Source: Dimorphilus gyrociliatus
Lineage: Eukaryota; Animalia; Annelida
Assembly (NCBI GenBank): GCA_904063045.1
Contig: CAJFCJ010000028.1
Location: 558,001-622,000, forward strand
DNA length: 64,000 bases
Reading direction: 5' to 3'
This document shows positions 27,689 to 42,156 of this stretch, piece after piece. Both the position numbers and the translations under genes were made by a program. The notes under the pieces are model-generated. The model saw only the letters and a program-made list of their open reading frames with translations. It was not told the origin of the DNA and did no database searches. Position 1 is the stretch's first letter. The number at the start of each line of letters is the position of its first letter.

Positions 27689-27718
<30 letters not shown>
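27689..27718. repeat. (AG)n microsatellite
   Basis: 15 AG units. Confidence 0.9.
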
Positions 27719-27721
<3 letters not shown>

Positions 27722-30700
27722 AATACGATATTTTTTAGGTTGTAGTATTGTAAAAAATCTATTAATTAGATATGATTTGCAAGGGAGAACATTGAAAAAA
27801 ACTTTTATTGATTTCTTTTACATATTGATCAAATTTTTTGGATAATCCTAAAAACATAACATAAAAACAATATTTATATACATATATACGCTTTATCCTG
27901 TTTTTTTCATTTAGTTAAGGAAATAACTAAATGATAAAAAGCAGAGACAAGAGATTGCAGAAGGAGAGAATTATATTGAAAAGACCAAAATCTTTTGTTT
28001 GAAGAAAGGGTAGAAGGATGAGGAGAGCTGAATAGGAAGATCTTTAGATAAAATCCAAAAGATTAGACTCTAAGAGAAAAGGATTTCTAAATAATCTAGG
28101 ACCTTTCAAATAGACCTATAAAAATTACTTGATCCTTACTTTATGCTAAAAAATAATCATTCAAGATTAGTAAGAATAAAGTTATTAAATGGAAAATTTC
28201 AACTTGTTTATATAAAGAGAAGAAAAACAAGTCTTCTCCTCCAACTCTTTCTCACTGACATTTTCTCTTTTTCTTATATTTTTTAGTTATTATTGTTAAG
28301 AGATATTTAATTTAGATCAGACAGTATTTTTTTTCCTTGCAATTACCTATTGCGGTTGCTATCGACGTGATGAAATGTCCTGAAATTGTTGAAAATAGAA
28401 TTTTCTGTAAACTCTTTGCTGGCACGTATGGCGTCGAAAGTTGCCAAACCGGATATAGTATCTAGTCTTAATGAGACTCACTTTTAAGCGTGCTGCTACA
28501 TTAATTTTCTTTTTGATTTTCTCTTTACGTGACTATCCTTAGTGTTGATTTAATATACTTATATATTACTCACTGTTTGACTTGTAGCCTCACTTAAGAG
28601 AATGGTTCATAGGTTCAAAATATGAATAATAAAAAACAAATATAACCAAAGCAATTGCTTTACAAGTCATTCCCTCTTAAATGTCTTAAGGGTTTTAATC
28701 TTCTTTCTACTATTTAGTCTTTACACTGCTTTTAAGTTCCCAGTATGGAATTTTTATGAAATACCATATTTTTTAGGAAATAGATAACTAAGAATTGATA
28801 AACTTTAAAATGTTAACAGTGTTTAAGAGTGATTTAATAATTTTGTAAGTTGTTTCTTCTTTATACTTTGATGTTAAAGTTTAATCATATACGCCTCGAT
28901 ACAGCACTCCGTTATAACTATCTGACAGGGGCCTAGTTTATGTCCTAATTTACTTTTACCCTGTTTATCCATTTTCTAACACTGTCCATATATATACTAA
29001 TATATATATATATATTGTTGAGTTATTTTCATCATAAGATTATTAATTTATTAAGAAAAAGGGGAAATCTTCCTAAAAACGGAAAAAAATTAACTATTAG
29101 GGAATGAATAAGTGTTTTCGTTATTAACAAGCAAGAAAATAAATATCTTATTGTACGCAGTTTATTACGATAATAATACAAAAAAAGAGGAGAAATTAGG
29201 TTGGTAGATTCATATTTCTAAAACGCAGAATTCATATTTCAAAAGTTAACTTAAATAGTTTCTTTTTACCTTTTTCTAAATGGAATGTTAAGAGAAAATC
29301 TTTATAAAAAACAAACATAACTAATAAAAGCAACGTATTTGTATAAATGAATTATATAAACATATATCTATATATTCATACGTAGAACATCATTAATATA
29401 TTCATTTATTGAAATTTCACACATTACTTTTTCTTTGCTATACAAGTGTTTTTCTTCTACTATTCAGCGGTTAGTTTTCTTCCTAAAGGATCACAGATTA
29501 AAGAGAGTATACTGAAGGGAAAAGTGTCTACTTCTGTTTTGCTAAATACGACAATTGTTTTCAAAAGCTTCTCTAAAAGAAGTATATACTTATATCAGGA
29601 AAATATATGTATACTGTATATTTAAGATAGTCTCTACAATACTATATGAAGAGAATGTACTTCTAGTGCAGCCCACCAGTTATATATTGCCTCCAATTTA
29701 ATAAACTGTTAAATTGTAATCTATTCGATGACAAACGTTTATTCATATAGCATTCTACTGTCAAATCTACAACTTATACATTATATTGCTCTTCATTTTA
29801 TAAATTATACAAAATAGATTTAATGTTATTCCTAATTAAATTTTTCTTCGAAAAGAGATAAATAGATTTTATAAAGCGTATAAGCGTTGTTTTTTCTCCT
29901 ACTTATTATTAAAATTAATGCAATTTCTTCAAAAGACCGTTTTTTCCCAGATGTGCATGACAGGCAAAGGTTTTTTTTTCGTTTAATTAATAATAAATAT
30001 TAAATATGCATATATAATCCATGAATAATCATGTTTTAAACAAATTTGAATATTTATACAGAATATTAAAGTGAATTAGATATGAATATTTAAAGATAAA
30101 CAGAAAATATTACTAAATAAATTCCCACTGTCTGTTGTTAATTACCTTTTTCTGACTGTATTAAGAAAACAAGAGGAGAAATTATGTCTACAAAAAACTT
30201 CAACTATTCAATTTAGTATACAAAATGTATTTGCTAATTGAATTTTAACTTAATTAATAATTCAAACGAAACATTTTTAGGAAGCAAAAAAAAGGGACTA
30301 TTTTTAATTTACTCTATGCTTTTAAGTAGTTTTTAGGTCAGACTGTTAATAAGAATAAAGATAAGTAACAACAGGTTTATGAATAAATATGTAAAACAAT
30401 ATAAATGAAATTTATGTAGTGATAACTATTCTATTTATCTATTTTTCTAATTATTGTATTCCACTCGTTATTTAACTTGTATAAAAAGTAAGAAGTTATC
30501 ATGCATTTATATCTTTCTTTCATAAAGAGGGAAATGAAAGTATGATTATTGTCAAATTAATATTTAATTGGTCTAGACAAAAAATGATAAAGGCAGGATA
30601 AGTACGTTGAATCGGCTCTTAAGTTTTTATTACGTGACAAAACTAATAAAAGTAGTGAGGTTGCTTTACAAAAAATACTCTGTCAAAGTAAATTAAAACG

Positions 30701-33138
30701 TTAAGTAATTTACATGTAAATATATGCACAATAGATTAACCATTTCATAAATACTAATATATGCAAATGAGTACAATAAAACCAAGCTATGATTAACAAA
30801 TCTAGTAATATAAATAGAGAGAGAAAGAGCTATGGTTGTGAGAGAAGGGAGAATTGCTTTATTTTAAGAAAAGTAAGATGATATTCCTATTGTTCTTGAC
30901 AGATGAAATGTAAGATAAATCTATGTTGGAATTATCTAATCCTAGTTGTCTAATAATAACATGTAGTTACATATAAGGTTTCCTAAAGAACACTAGTATT
31001 TATATCGGATTAATAACAAAACACATAGTGAAGGTAGCTGTTGTTCTATACTATCTTAACAATAAAACTAATAGCCAAAATTACAGAAGATTCTTCACCA
31101 GTAGAATCACATTTATATGCTGAAATCTCTATTTGGTAACAATATTGCAAATTCTTAACAATAGATATGACCTTATTATTATTACATGAGGAAAAATTAC
31201 GGTTTATGACAAACTACGAAACATACGCTTATTTTATATTATACAGTATATAAGTACTTTAATAATTTTCTAGGATTCCTAGAAGTAAACTCAAGTTATA
31301 TTATATAGTCCTTTAAACACGATGTTTCATTTTTTGCACTAGCGTTTAATGTGACGCCTTATTAATCAACCTATAAAATCGTCAATACAGTCAGACAACA
31401 GAACCTAATTAAGTAAAGACGGTCAATTTTTATTCTTTCTTCCTTTCGTGATAATTAGATTATTGATACAAACAAGGATTTCAGATACATTTTTAGGTCA
31501 ATTTCTAGACTATCGGGATCATCTGCAGGCCTAATAGTGGGTAGTTTATTCGCTCAAATAGCCGAAATGATTGGATAGTTTATTCCTGCGTAAGTTAGAC
31601 ACTTATGAACAAGCTTTCAATCTCAAATACTTTCTGCTAATAAGGAATATAGGATATTTATATCTGGATATGCAAATATATACGTTTACGTATATACAAT
31701 ATATATATATATTCCATGTATAAAAAAGAGAAAGCATCAACTATAAATTATCTAATAAAGGACATGAAGAGCGATTTTCTTCATGTTGTAGTGCATTGTG
31801 CATATATATGATTATTTGTATATATAAATATATATACATGTATTTATGTGTGTGTAGACATACGCCCCTAGTAATGTATGTTAATACCTTAATATTCATT
31901 CCTAAAGTTCTCTTTGTAAAAAATAAATCTCAAAGGATTATGAAATTGAGAGATGTACACAAAGAATAACATTTAAAAAAGCATACATTTCAATGTTGAA
32001 TGTTAGGCAATAAATTCTCATCTGCTAATATAAAAACAAAATTTAGAGAATAGGCTATGAAAAACAACGCAAACGTATACATTTTATAATCCTTCCTTAA
32101 AAATTCTATGACTATCTTCCATTGGATAAAGGAAACTGGTAGAGATCAGATAAAGTGTTTTTATCTTTTCGCCTAATACCTTTTTTTCTTTTTTGTTATA
32201 TTTCCGGTTACTTTTTATGCCAAGTAGATTTATCTAGAGTTTTTTAATAATTTTTATCTTTCAATTTGTATCCAATTCACAGAAGGAAAAAAAGGAGAAA
32301 TTTTGTATTTAAATCCTTTTTTTATAGTCTAATAGAGATAAATGAACAAGAAAGATAGAGAGATATTTAATCCTTAAAACAATTTAAAAATGTCGAAAAG
32401 GTGATTGAACGTTAACATGAAAAAATTTTCTAACAGATTTCTTCTAGGAATGGTAGGATTAAAAAGTTATACACATTGTACGATTACTCTATCCATTTCG
32501 ACTTTACAGTCGATTAATTCAGCGATTTATATAGCAGTATATATCCCTTTAACTATTGATAGCTTGTAAAACTGTTACAGATTAGAATGATGATATTAAA
32601 TAAATAAATAGATCTATCCATATACTGTATTTATATGCTGTATACATTTCTTCTGGAAATGATAGGAAATATACAGTACCATATATATTTATAAATTAAC
32701 CCGTTATGTTAATAGTTAAAATATGTAATGTTAACGATAAACTTATACAAATACAGTATATGAATAGTCTGTAGAAAGGAAAATAATATTTCTCGTCGAA
32801 ATATTAATCATCATATGTTTTCCTTTCCTATAGTTGTATAACTTTTTATGCCTCGTCCAACTATCTTTACCTTTTCTTTACTCATTTCTGTAGACAATCG
32901 TAAAGGGAAAAGAAGCCGACATAAATCGAGTGACGTAAGAGATACAAATTCTCAAAGATAGCAAGAAAAAGAGTAGATAAAAGGGCAAGAGGGAAAAAAA
33001 GGAATAATACTATTTATAAAGATTCTTTATAAATGTTTTTTTTATTGACTTCCGGTTTATCTGCTCTTTGTCAGCTCATACAGACACAAAAAAATTAACT
33101 TCTTACAGAAGAATAAAAATGAAAAGAGGTAGATAGAT

Positions 33139-33142
<4 letters not shown>

Positions 33143-33173
<31 letters not shown>
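33143..33173. repeat. (AG)n microsatellite
   Basis: About 15 AG units. Confidence 0.9.
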
Positions 33174-33180
<7 letters not shown>

Positions 33181-36100
33181 AAAGAGTAATTTTACTACTA
33201 TAAGAAATTAATGAACAAAATATATTAATAGTTCAGAATTTACTACTCGCTTGCGTAGCATTAAAGTAAATTGGTCAATTTGAAAAACATGAATTTTTAA
33301 AAAAACAATGCTACTGTCTATAATCAGTTCGCTATGTTTCAGGTAACCAACAGCCTATAAAAAAAACACTATTCTATATTAAAAACTTCGCTTTTTCTCT
33401 ATTTCTCCTTTCATCACTACATTTACATTTCCATAGAAAATTCCTAGAATGTAGAAACGTGGACTATTTATTTTACATTTATAATTTAGTTGGTTTGGAG
33501 CTCAACTCCTTTTAATATTTTCATTCTCACTCCTATTTGTATAATAAAACCAATAGCTAATTAAAATTGAATATAAACAAACGGTAACTTGTTTCAATCC
33601 CGTGAAATTCATATATTATAGATTAGACGCTTTTTCAAAGCGTTAGTGATCATTTTTTTTCTCATTCTGCTCTGAATAAAACCCTCTCAAAACCGATTGA
33701 AAAAAAGCGGAAGAAACTGAATATGCAGCATTTTCGTTAACTAATTCGTTAATTTATTTTATAAGGGAAAAAGTAATTAATTTTTATAGTTTTCCTATCA
33801 GTATTGACTTTTAAAAAGGACGCTTTGTGATTTATATTAATTCCACCCACTGTTTTTTAAATATTCATGCTAAAATTTGTATCTATTTATAAACATCTTT
33901 CATTGTTCTCTCCTAAAGCCAACTTCACCCCCTCTCACTATCGACCTCTTACTTCTATATCTTTTTTTTTTATAATTAATTAAGCTACTAAAAGTTTTCC
34001 TCTACGTCGTCCTTTTTTCTTCTTCGCTTTATAATGTGTGTATAATATACAAGGTATATTCACTCTCTATAGAATTATATAAGATAAATATATCAGAAAA
34101 ATAGGGCAGAAAGGAGAGAGAGGAGAGACAAACAGTTTTAAAGGAAAAAAAGAAAGGTTTAAAGTTTTTGAACAATTTCCTCAGTTCTTTGGTTAAATAG
34201 TTTTTTCTCTCTCTAAACTGGATAAATTCCGTTATAAATTGATTTTTTTTTCTTTTGTGACTAATCCATATGTACGCTGAATATAGGCCGCGTGATTTTC
34301 TCATTGAACCTTGCGTGGAAGTAAATTATTTCGTAAATATCGTTGGCGTACAAGATATAATCTAGATAATGTAACAATGTCTTTCTTAACTAGAAAGAAG
34401 CTTAAACAAGAGGAGAGCAATCTCTTATAAGTAAAACAAACGTACAACATATCCAAATGAATTTTCTTTAATCTCCTCTCTTTTCGGCTAAATATAACTA
34501 TATTAATATATGGAGAGAAAGTAAATTATTATCAAAGGTTTTGTATATATTAATTAACGAATGTTTGTTTAAAATAATATTTTCCTTTGGACATAAAAAC
34601 CTCTTTTATAGAGCAATCTATATGAACAAAAACTAGCAAAATATGATGTGAAGATAACAGTACTGTTTATAATGTTTGTATAATCAAAAATATACAATAT
34701 ACAATGCATACAATGCATATAGTGTGTTGTAAAATGTATACTATATTTATAATACTTTTTATTAGTATTGCTTGATATATTTTTGTTCTTTAATAAAGCA
34801 AAAAAACGATTCTTGTTTTTTATTCCTCTTTACACTCCCTCTTCATCTCTATTTAAATGATACAATATTATACAATTCACGTTCTCGCCCTTTTATATAT
34901 GAAAAAGCATTATACAATCATAGAGCTTTCTTTTCAATAGGCATTGTCGTTATAATCTAACGCTAAACCTTAATATTTTATTTACATGGAAAGAAGCAGG
35001 GGGGACAATAGAGACAGATAAAAAGACAAAGAAAAGGTGAGAAGTGTATAGACATGTTACTTTTCTTTGATGCTCTTTAAAAACATTATTGCAATGGAGC
35101 TGAACATCGTTTCCACTTTTGCCGTTCCATAATATAACTTTCCTCATTTTCTACCCAATAACTCTGTACGATAAACGAATAAAAAGTTGATAAATAATCA
35201 ATCATAATCACTTAAGCGAGTTATGAAATTTTGAGTGATAGTGATAAGAACAAGAAATAGTCGCTGTCTAGACGAAAGACAAAGCACTATAATCTTATCT
35301 TATGTTAATGTCGTGCACAGGAAAGTAAATACCTTTTTGGTTTATTAATGAATTTATAATTATTTACTAGATATATTATTCCAGTTAAAACATTGAAAAC
35401 AAGGGATTCGGATTATCACTAGTCATCTTTTAGTTAATCATAATTACTTTAACAGACAATGACTGCTGTCTATAATCATCATAGTTTCATTTTTCTTTTC
35501 TTCATTTGCATCTTCTTCTTCCTCTCTTATTCATCTCAACTTAATTTTATTAGTCTACAGTAAATTTTATATCGAGGACGTCAATTAAAGGATATTTTTT
35601 CCCTTGCGATAGTAGGCTTCGATGACGATGAATTTAGTCACGTGATGTGCATTTTAGAAGTTACTTTTCTTAACTACTTGCTTGTCGAACCAAAAAAAAT
35701 ATAAACATTTGCAATTTTTTAACAGAAAACATTCATGGATAATAGAGGAGGTTATTGTTTTCTTGTTTAATAGAGTATAAACTACAAGTAGCAAACAAAT
35801 GAATAACTTATTAGTTAAAGAGTGAAAAAAGATTGGAGAGAGGGGTGATTAAGAAGTTTAGATGATAGACTTACGTTTCATTCATATTTGATTATTTTCA
35901 CTTACAAGTATGTCAAGCTCAAAATAAAAAAAAATTATGGATATTTATGAATATTCATAAATTATTCCCAAGAAAACCAGATTGACAATATACAATAAAG
36001 GTATTTCTTTTAAAATGTTTTAACTACTATTATCGTCTAATATATAACTCTTGACATTTTATTCTATCAATCGTAATTATAACTTTAAGGGTAAAAAGTT

Positions 36101-39100
36101 TCCATATAATAATAAAATATCTTTTAGTCTCAGATAAATTTTTCAGGCATATACATCTATATATTTTACAAATAAAATTTGTCGATTCTCAGATGTATAG
36201 GACTATACTGAAACGCTTAGTTTAGAAAATACTGCAAATCGCTTCCAATAATATATATATATATATGCAGTATATACTGTATATAGAAAGAGAAATCTGA
36301 TTGAAATATCCGGAAAGAAAGAAATGAGAGCTGAAGGAGCTGGGTTATCTGATAATATAAACGAAAAATTATTAACAAAAGAGGAGAAAGAGAAGGAGAG
36401 TGCGTAAGAATGAGAGAGAAATAAAAAACGAGAGATAGAGAGAGAGAGAGGGGGAGGAAAGAAACCAGATAGGGTAAAAATATACTGAAAGACGCAAATA
36501 ATTGTTAAAGATTTTATAGTTTATTTTTTTGGCACCATTCTATGATGAATTTGTTATTTTCACTCTATCTAACCTCGCTGATTTAAGTCGATTCATGTAG
36601 AAGTATGTATAACATTCAAAGAGACTTTTTTTTATATTATAGAATTAAATAGCCCTAAGGAATCAATATGGCTGATCAGTACACTTTATGATCTATTTTA
36701 TTAAGACGGTTCGGTTTCATTTGCTTTATCGAATAATTTCAGTAATGAAGTTTGTCCCAAATAGGTTAGTATCATCTCCATAATTTGTATGCAACGAATA
36801 CGAAAGCAAGCAGTTTTGTATTTTTACAACCATCTCTCTTTTTTATTTCTTTATTATCTGCAAACCATGAAGGTTTTTTCTCGCAAACGCTATTCTAGAG
36901 TAATATATAACGTATATATATATATTAGTATATACAATGTATGCAATATAAACTAGGCTTAAAGCAGCAATATTTGCTATGGTAGACACTACAACATATA
37001 CGTATATATTTTAGTAAAGGTAAATATGTTAGTTCAGATTGTTTTTAAAAAACCCACAAAAGAAAAGACAGTAAGTATACAATAAATTATCGATAACGGA
37101 TTGTCTGTATCCCTTACCCCTTTCTAACCACCCTCTAGGCAAATGGTAATTCTTCCTAATCAATTAATTCCTCCACGGATGGCAAATTTTTTAAATAAAA
37201 ACGATCTTAAACCGATCAAGCAGCTATTCATTTTGTTTGTTTCTTAAAGTTTGTTTTTTAAATAAATCTATTTATATCAATTATTTATTCCATTTATAGA
37301 AGTAAAGAAAAAGCAATTCTCTCTTTTTTGTTATTGATATCTAAATAGTCTGTTTCGTTTTCTTGTTTTTTTGTTTGTTCTTTTATTCATTTTCAAGATC
37401 ACCGTCTCCCACTCTTCGTCGTTCTCCTCCTCCTCCTCTTTCCTTTTTCTTCTGTGTTATAAATTCTAGTTCTTACTATTATATTTATGTATTGTGTTTC
37501 TTTTAGTATAATATAATATTTATACAACTATTAATTTTCTTCATTGGCATTTTATGTATTAAATGAATATTCGTCAAAGTATCTCGTAACATTAAAATAG
37601 TTGAATAGCTATTAATTATTGTTCTTCTAGTTTTTACTTGTTTTAAATTTACATCTTTTCTCTTTAAATCCTCAATATTTCGCCTTTTTGTTTATAATAA
37701 GACATTAACAACTAATATAGAAAACATTCACACTTAATATTATCATATTTATCAAATTTACCGCATTAATATCATTACTATCGCAGTGTTATGGGACATT
37801 TATAGCAATATTTTTTTCTTTTCTTATGAATAATTCATAATCTTTTCTGATGTTAACCTAAAAAGAAATTCTACTATCTATTGTAAATTATTGAATGAAA
37901 TGACAAGCTATACTAACAATCATTACATTATAGTTACATAATAATAATTATTATTAATTCATTAGTTTAATTGCTATCAAAAACACTTATTTAAACTAGT
38001 TTACCTAGAAAAGATGCTCTATTAGATAATTGAGAATAGTTTTCAACTTGATCAATGGCTGTGTAGGTGTCACTAAATCTAAAATTGATCGTTTACCTTG
38101 TTCTATGTTCGATATTTTCTTTTATTAAGGTTTCTTTTTTTTATTAGAGGTCGAAGAATTTTTTCTAACAAACTATATGAAAGCGTCTTGCAACTAGAAT
38201 ACAATATTCATTAAGTGCTATTTATGATTTTATAAGATTTCCTGAAAAGCTGTTCATAGAATATCTGAGCAACTTGTCCTTCTGGTATTATGCTAAGGTC
38301 ACTTTTTTCTCATATGACAAAGAACTCTCCACTAGACATCCTCGTTCCTAATATTTACTATTATTATCATATTATGATTGATAAAAACTTAATTAATTGC
38401 ACAACTGAAATTTAGTATCACAAAAATAAAAGATACGATACGTCTGAAACATTGTAATAGATATATACAGGCGAGATAGGGAGGGAGCGTAAGATGGTTA
38501 GATAGGTGTACAGGTAGATTGATAGAGAGAGGGAGAGAGAGAGTAGAAGAGAACAGAAGAAAAATATATTGTCTGATATAAGGAGGAAAATTTGCATCTA
38601 GTCACGTTCCAATATCACGGAAGAGGGATGTAAAGCTACCGAATTCTTTAAGGTTACCATCGTCCATTCCTCCCACTGTTTTATCTATTTTTATCCTCAC
38701 TATCCCCTTCCTACTATTAATTTACATTTCCCCTCGCTTAGAAATATATACGGCTCAAAGAATTCTTAAAGGCTGTTAGAGGAAAATATTTTTTAATAAT
38801 TGAAAAAAAGAAAATCAAAATTTTTCTAAAGCAAATCATTAATTATTCAGTTATTTTTCTCGAAAATAGAGCGATAATTTGATAAAAATGGCTTAACATT
38901 AAACATATGTCGGAAAAGAAAAGAGTTGTTATATTCAAACAGACACAAAGTCAAATAATAAATGGAACTTTTGCTTCAAGAAAACTGATTAATGTTTCTT
39001 TTCCTTTATTACAATCTGAATTTTTGAGGGGGAGAGAGGTAGGGGGAAGCGGAGGAAGATTGATAAATAATTAAGAGAAATAAAGGAAAAGTAGAATGAA

Positions 39101-41044
39101 AATTAAATTAGAGACTAATTAATATCTATTATACCTAATACAATGAATTTGAAGAAGATGGCAAATTGTTCACAAGCTATATACTTTAATTAAGGAGCTA
39201 ATAAACTCTCATGTGCATTTACTGTTAACACTCATATACCTTAGTACATTAACCTTTTATCGCGTAACGTTAAGAGCAGCTTTTCTCCTCTTTCCCTGCC
39301 TCACAAACTCTGATAGCCGTCGTCAAACGTAGGTCTTCTGTTCAACATTGAGAAGGGCTATAAAGAGGTTCGCAAGGTTAACTGTTAATTTAGATAAATG
39401 GTTTCAAAATGAAAACAATACGTCTAATGCGTTTATGATATAGACATAAACTGTATTATTATATACAGCGTAGCACACTTAAGAACGAATCTGTTTGTAA
39501 ACGAGTACATAAACTGTATTTGAAATATAGAGCACAGTCTATCTGTGTTATATTATGCTATATATTGTACAAACATCTCTTAGCGATGAAGAGTTGATGC
39601 ACAAAATTGTCACTTGAGATATTGTTCAGAAAGGGAAGAGACGATAAAGAAAAAAATGAATACGAATAAATATCGTATAAGTAGCAGTCATATATGATAG
39701 AAATAGATTAAATATCTATAAATTTATATATACAAAACAAATATAATACATACATTTATCGACTAGTAATATTTAGAGATGTATAAATCTGCTTGTAAAC
39801 CTAATTTTAAAAAAGAAAAGATATGAACTATAATTTAGAAAGACTAAAGCAGCTTTTATTTTTTTCTAAAAGGAAGATATCGTGATACTTTATAAATGAA
39901 TAAGGGAAAAACAGTTTCCAAACGATGTTGATAATTGTTCATTTTCTTTTCTTTTACATAAGTTAAAGTTAATAATTTACATATAGCATGTATTAGTAGT
40001 ATTAATAAAGATTTTACTCTTCAAACTCCTTGTTATCATACAACTACAAGTATAATATGGTAAATTTTCTGAAAGTTCGGTGAGTAAAAGCTTTTTAGAA
40101 GGGTTAATTTTATCATATCCCCCTTTTTTGATCCTTCATATTAATCCTTATATTATTTAAATATAATTTGTCTGCTTTTTTATACGTCCCAAGGCTAGAG
40201 TAAAAATTCTATCGATTATAAGCAGGGTTGACAACTCATTCATTACGCAATTCATCTTTATAAGATTTATTTAAGACCTAAACCGCAATTTGTAAAATTA
40301 TTTATAAAGTATATATGTTTCTAGGTGATGCACTGCATATTTACTTATAATTTCAGTATGTATTATATGCTTGTTAACAGTTATCTATCATAAATACGTT
40401 TTATATATCTATAGCTCTATTTTTTCATTAAAAGACGATGATTACACATTGTGATAATTTTATAATACTGTTCAAATATCAACATTCTATTTTATCATAG
40501 ATATTATAAATAATATAGAAATAATGATAAAATTTCTAATTATTCTCCAGATTCTCTATCCTTGATAGATAGATATACAAAGTATAAATTTTTCATAAAT
40601 CTAGTTAAGTTAATATTGATAAGCCAAACAAATATAAAAAGGTCATAGTTGAATATTTTTCCCTTTGCTAAGTAATCTTTGATAAGATTATTCGTGGGTG
40701 AATATAGGCTACAAAAACTTTCAAAACCTTCATATAAATATTGCAATGAAAAAGCTATTTGATTGGGATGATAATACAATTATAGAATGTGAAAACAGAA
40801 ATGGACTGAGGGAGGAGAGATAAAAGAGTGCAATCCATTGTATACAACTTCTTTATGTTTCATTTTCTTGTCATATACTAAAACAATTAAATAAGAAAAA
40901 CTTTGCTTACTTTCTAAGGCATTCTATATTATGTTATTAAAAATCAATTTGCTCTATTACTTTAATCTAAATATTCCGCAAGAATGAATATGAAATTTTA
41001 AAAAAATTTCTCTCCTTCCCCCTCCTGCTCTCTTTCCCTTCCTG

Positions 41045-41047
<3 letters not shown>

Positions 41048-41075
<28 letters not shown>
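41048..41075. repeat. (CT)n microsatellite
   Basis: About 14 CT units. Confidence 0.9.
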
Positions 41076-42156
41076 GCTTTTCTCTATTATCCCCTCTTCG
41101 CCTGTATTTCTAAAAGAAACGCATAGAACGTTTCTTCTTCCTAATTTATAATCTAATGATTCTGTTATACAATGTAATACTAATTAATTAAAAATATAAA
41201 TTACCTATATCTCTTGGAACATTTATTTAACAAGATTGTTAGGAGAGAAATATGAAAGCCTTCCAAGATTTTGTATGAATCATATATCATATTTTTTTCT
41301 AACTACAAGCACATAGAAGAAACAGTACTTTGTTTTCTTCAGGTGCCAAGTTAATGAAAAAAACTATATACAATAGTTGAAAGCTTTTTATTGCTAGTTC
41401 TAGTTAAAGTTTCTATACATATTTGAAAATGCAAGTACAAGATATATCATTCGTTTATTCTTACTTACGCACACCAAATACGAACAAAAAATCAAGTAAA
41501 CTGCACTGTAGCAGTAGGTTGTTAACCCCACTCATCAGTCAGTCGGTATTTCGAGGAAGAAAGACAAATAAACGACTTAGAGGATCCACTATGAAGTAAA
41601 TAGTGACAATGCTTTGAATTCGAAATCCCCTTTAGATCATTATTTAACCTTCGTGATTGGGATACGGTTTGTATATAATCTAATCTAAAGAAGTATTGTC
41701 CATTTCCTATTGAATGTAAAAAGAAAAACAAAAGTATAGGCCTAACAATAAGTAAAATGCCAGAGAAAAGTTTTATTATGTAAAGAAAAAGGGAAGAGTA
41801 TAGGATCCCATAGATGGCTCTCCAGATCAATTTTGTTTTATTTGTTATAGCTTTCTTCCGTGTCATTTCCTACCTTTTCGTTAAAAACACTATTGAAAAG
41901 GATAAAAATTAGATTCTTATCAAATGTATACATTGCATACGCTCTAACAAAATATAAGGTTATAAAATATACTTTATAAACATATATATATATATATATA
42001 TATATAAATTTATATATATGCTTTATTTATACTGTATATAAATAACTGTAAATTATAAAAAATAAAACAGATTTACACCAATTTCATATTAAATACATCA
42101 CATGCTATATTTCTTCTCTTTTTCGCAGCTAAGAGAAGGGGATCAAGAACAAGATT

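Noticed and set aside
28318-35703. Several 20-47-codon protein-looking frames (about 28318-28468, 31497-31578, 32890-32954, 34269-34320, 35591-35660)
   Set aside because: Lengths are within chance expectation for GC-richer patches, and they can only be linked with arbitrary weak splice sites.
41522-41866. 114-aa minus-strand ORF upstream of the GPCR
   Set aside because: The first half is low-complexity and no family motif is present; the region more plausibly holds GPCR regulatory/5'UTR sequence (CTCF-like site, short plus-strand uORFs).
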